Positions 60,463 to 64,000 of a stretch of DNA of 64,000 nt are shown piece by piece. How positions within the stretch are numbered: the stretch's first letter is position 1; every line of letters starts with the position of its first letter. The DNA comes from Centroscyllium fabricii. Lineage: Eukaryota. The notes beneath the pieces are model-generated. The model worked only from the letters and a program-made list of their open reading frames with translations. It ran no database searches and was not told the origin of the DNA. The stretch covers positions 52,514,001-52,578,000 of the forward strand of contig JBNRSN020000015.1 of the NCBI GenBank assembly GCA_051313645.2. Direction: 5' to 3'. The position numbers and the translations under genes were made by a program.

Positions 60463-62109
60463 ATATGGTTCTCCATGGCCCCCCTGATGTGCAGCAAGGT
60501 GCTCTCCAGCCACTTGCAGGCACTGAGGGGGACCTGACCCATGAGAGGGAGGTTGGTGGCAGACCTCAAGGAAGTGGGGGCTCCTCTCCAAGTGCTCATA
60601 CTTCCATGCCACTGCAGAGCCCTCGGTCAGAGCCCTGCCGGAGTCCACACCCAAGTGAGATAGACATCTCAACCCCTGCACCGTCGCAGGAGCAGCAGAC
60701 TGTTGATGAGCCCTCACAGGCTCACACCCCAGAGGACGCCAGCCAAAGGTATTGAGGCAGGGGCAGCGGGAAAGTGAGCAAGGGGCCTCCACATCTGCTG
60801 AAGCCACAGGGGAACCACTACATAGAAACATAGAAAATAGGAGCAGGAGTAGGCCATTCGGCCCTTCAAGCCTGCTCCACCATTCAATTAGATCATGACT
60901 GATCTGTAGGAGCATGCGTAAGAGGAAAATAAAGCACAACTAGTCACAAGGGTAGTCACTTAGGTGAAATGTGTATTTTGTAAAAATCCTATCAGTTGTT
61001 TGTTTTCCATAAAAAATCTGATGGCAACTGCTGCAGTTCTGGCGTGTGTCATTTCGGGAATGGGGTGTTCATATTGAGGGCTTAGGATTACTTGCAGTTG
61101 TCAGGATGCTGGTCAAATAGCAAGGAATCTGCAGGGTTTGGACATTGTTGATGCTCAGGTAAGAAGCAGTGAGGCTAAAGTGTTTGATGTACGAGGCTAA
61201 GCAAACCTGGCCAGGATGAATGCGTTCCTTGCATCCTGGGCAGCAATGTTCTCGCGTAATGCTGCCGCTGGTTGATGGTCCTCTGCAGGATGCTCGTTTT
61301 CACCCTCCTCCTCCTCAGCATCATCATCTGAGGCGGTTATGTGAGGAGCCACTTGGTCCTCTGGAATCTGCAAGTCACGACGCTGTGCCATGTTGTGATG
61401 GCTCCCATGCTTCTGGCATATGCCTCCACTGAGGAAGTGCTGAGTGAAGGTGGCGAGAGGGGTTTCCCAGGAGTTCACACTGGAGATGTGTGTGAGGCTC
61501 CAACCTTCCACAGGTATGGTTAAGCCTGGTAAAGGTTGCCCCAGGCCTGAAACAACAAAGTCTTTCCACCTGCAACTGATGACTGATGAAATCTCCTCTT
61601 TAATGGTGGACCCGCAGCTGATAGTCAGCAAGCCAATAGCGCTCACACCCAGTTTCACAGGCGTGATTCCCACCAGGCGTGTTTTATGTGGGAAAAGGGT
61701 TAAAATTGCAAGGGACGGTTAAAATTGCATTATAAAGGCCAATTAGTGCTGATTAAGGGCCCTAAAGATTAGTCCCACCTGTTGCAGACAGGACTGATTC
61801 TGGACCAACAGATACGCCTGGGTAAAAATGGCTAGTTGTCAGAAACCAGGCAGGGCGGGTCCCGATCCCTAGTTTTTGCAATTTTAACTCCCCACGCGCC
61901 TCAAAGCCCACCTGATGGCTGAGTTAAAATCAACCCCAATGTTTCAGGTTGATGACCCTTTATCAGAACTGGAAAAAGTTAGAGATGTAACAGATTTTTA
62001 AGCAAGTGTGGGGGCAGGGAAAGGGAGGATAGTACAAAGGAAAGACCTGTGATAGGCTGGAAGGCAGGAGAGATTAAAAGACAAAAGGGACGATGGTGCA
62101 AGACAAACT

Positions 62110-62520
62110 CAACTGTTCATGTTCTGTCCCATACTAAATTTCATTCATCCATCATTCACACCCTTGCTGGCCGTCACTGGCTCCCAATCTCCCAATGTAT
62201 TAAATTTAAAATTCATATTGTTGTCTCTATATCTCCCACTTGTCCTACATCTGCCGATCTCCTCCAGCCCTATATTATCTCCTGAATGTTTAACTGCTCT
62301 CATTTGCCCTTCTATTCAGCATCCCCTGTCTTCACTCAACCATTGGTAGCAGTCCCTTCAGTAGTGGCCCTAATCTTTGGAATCTCTCCCTAGATCTCGC
62401 CGTCTGCTGATCTCGCCTTCTGACAATCTCTTTCTTCACTTTCACAATCTTATCAAAATCCATCTCTTCAGCCATGCTTTCCATCATCTTTTCAAATCTC
62501 TCTTTATAGTTTGGCATTCA
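62110..62520 (+). mobile_element. Old L2-type LINE 3' remnant
   Basis: HWLPISQCIKFKI motif and WNLSL-like remnant. Confidence 0.6.
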
Positions 62521-62581
62521 TTTCAATTTCCTACACCCATCTCTGAACTGTCTTGGGATATTCCTCATGAAAAAGAAGCTA

Positions 62582-62991
62582 CAGGTTGAGCACCAGTAAT
62601 CCGGCACCCGATGGTCTGGCAGCTTCAGTGGTTCCTCACGATTGGAAACCGGCACTCTTCATTTTGCGGAGCAGCCGCTCGGCGGTGCCACCGTTTCCCA
62701 CGAAGGGTGAGCGAGCGCCGAAGGCGTCGGGTGTTTGGGTTTCTGTTTTTTTAGGTTTTGTATGTGTTCTATCCCCGGGCTCCCTCCCGGGGAGTGTTCT
62801 ACCTGCACGCTCCGGGCCCCGGGGAGTGTTCTACCTGCACGCTACGGGCCCCGGGGAGTGTTCTACCGCGCGCTTCGGGCCCTGGGGAGTGTTCTACTGC
62901 ACGCTCTCCCCGAACCTTCCGTGGTTTGGAATTTTCAATGGTCCGGCACCAGCCTGGTCCCGAGGGTGCCGGATTAACGGTGCTCAACCTG
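62582..62991. mobile_element. Tc1/mariner (Tigger/pogo-like) MITE with internal ~33-bp tandem repeat
   Basis: TA TSD; ~28-bp TIRs CAGGTTGAGCACC(AG/GT)TAATCCGGCACCC; four GGGGAGTGTTCTAC units at 62788-62905. Confidence 0.88.
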
Positions 62992-63203
62992 TATACAATT
63001 TCAGGTTGTTATTGTTGTAGCATTATGCCATGTAAGAAGTGAACAGCCATTTTCAGGAATCTATGTTGAAAAGCAACTCAGGGGAAGAGTATTTAATGTT
63101 TTGATATGAATCAAGGACATTTAAAAAAGTTTATAGTTACTGCAACATATGCTTTCGTGAACTGAATGATATTCATTAACCTGTCCTATGTTCACTAACT
63201 TGC

Positions 63204-63611
63204 CGTTTGGCTCATAGCCTGAGCCTCAGTCTGATGGAGAATATATTCAATCCACCTACAGGGATCAGGGGACGGCAAGTCTAAGAGAAAACAAACTTTA
63301 AAAAATTAAATAAACCACTTGAAAACATTCCAAAAAGCAGAATTATGGCACTGGTATGTGTGCCACGGCATTCAGTGTATTCATTTATTTTACATTTTAT
63401 ACAGTTATACTTTTTACATTCATTTACAAAGGTACTCTATATTTTCAAAGTTTCAAAGTTTAATTTAATTGGCTTTGGCCTTTAGTCAAGAGCCCTTTGT
63501 TCTGAAGCTGCTTTCTTTTATCTTACTATAAAAAAAAGAAATGATCATCTTACCTCCAGTTATCAATGCTGACAGCCTGCAATTAACCCCCAAGAACAGA
63601 AGAATTCCTCC
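63204..63611 (-). CDS. Two candidate small host exons (63611-63554 and 63280-63204)
   Basis: GAG|GTAAGA donor and TTTTCTCTTAG| acceptor join in frame: GGILLFLGVNCRLSALITG-D-LPSPDPCRWIEYILHQTEAQAMSQT; second donor would be GC-type and first acceptor is weak. Confidence 0.22.
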
Positions 63612-64000
63612 CTGTATTTAGATATTAAATGTGACAGGGTTGTCTTTTTTCAGGGTTTTTCCCCATTGATCTGAGCTCACATTTCAACATAAATTTGTCT
63701 ACCTGCTGTAATTGACTGTCTCAAAAACAGTTAGGTATTTTAGCTTAGTTACTCGTGTACATGTGGATTAAATAATACATTTCCACTTTATTTTTCTTGC
63801 GTTACTGTGATAAAAGCAGGGGCATAGGGGGCATCTTTTCCAGTTTCTGGTGCTGAAGTAGTGGCATCAGACTACAACAAGCTTTGCATTCACCAAAAAC
63901 ACATAGCAAGATCCCAGCCCAAATTGGGCTCACTGACATAATCTTGCCAAAGGCTGGGATACAGGAAAGAGCCACATGATCATCCCTTAAAGACCTGCAG

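Larger units (their letters stand above)
57734..61937. mobile_element. PIF/Harbinger element H5 (Myb +, deleted transposase -)
   Basis: 17-bp TIRs GGGGTCGATTTTAACTC / GAGTTAAAATCAACCCC; TSD AAT; transposase remnant 61197-61410. Confidence 0.9.
57630..62105 (-). mobile_element. Isolated Penelope terminal repeat (P1 family) split by Harbinger H5
   Basis: 57630-57733 matches 40130-40234; 61938-62105 matches 44810-44980. Confidence 0.8.

Overview
Repeat-dense vertebrate genomic DNA, most likely from a cartilaginous fish (inferred from HE1/V-SINE-like SINEs and shark-type CR1, Penelope and Harbinger copies). Most of the window is transposable-element derived and deeply nested. Bases 1-13.3 kb are a stack of four related Ty3/Gypsy LTR retrotransposons (G0 in G1, G2 abutting G1, G3 in G2); G3 has a 1274-aa gag-pol ORF and near-identical LTRs. 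Bases 17.8-31.8 kb are a Harbinger element carrying a CsRn1-like tRNA-Trp-primed Gypsy element (itself carrying a fifth element, G4, and an LTR fragment), a SINE and a solo LTR. Bases 32-62 kb hold Penelope-like elements with hammerhead-ribozyme motifs, several Harbinger elements, CR1/L2 LINEs, SINEs and a 2.4-kb G-rich minisatellite; a Tigger-like MITE and weak host-exon candidates follow. Main observations: (1) all four G-family elements whose 5' LTR is visible lack a tRNA primer-binding site and instead carry a 14-15 nt sequence perfectly complementary to their own LTR poly(A)-signal region, co-varying between elements, suggesting self-priming and/or poly(A) occlusion; (2) two Harbinger elements in opposite orientations sit at the same nucleotide, the predicted hammerhead cleavage triplet, in two Penelope terminal repeats; (3) a 5S-headed SINE carries both ends of a bipartite non-autonomous LINE also present in the window. 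Coordinates and mismatch counts were read by eye and may be off by a few bases; family names come from motif recognition, not database searches.
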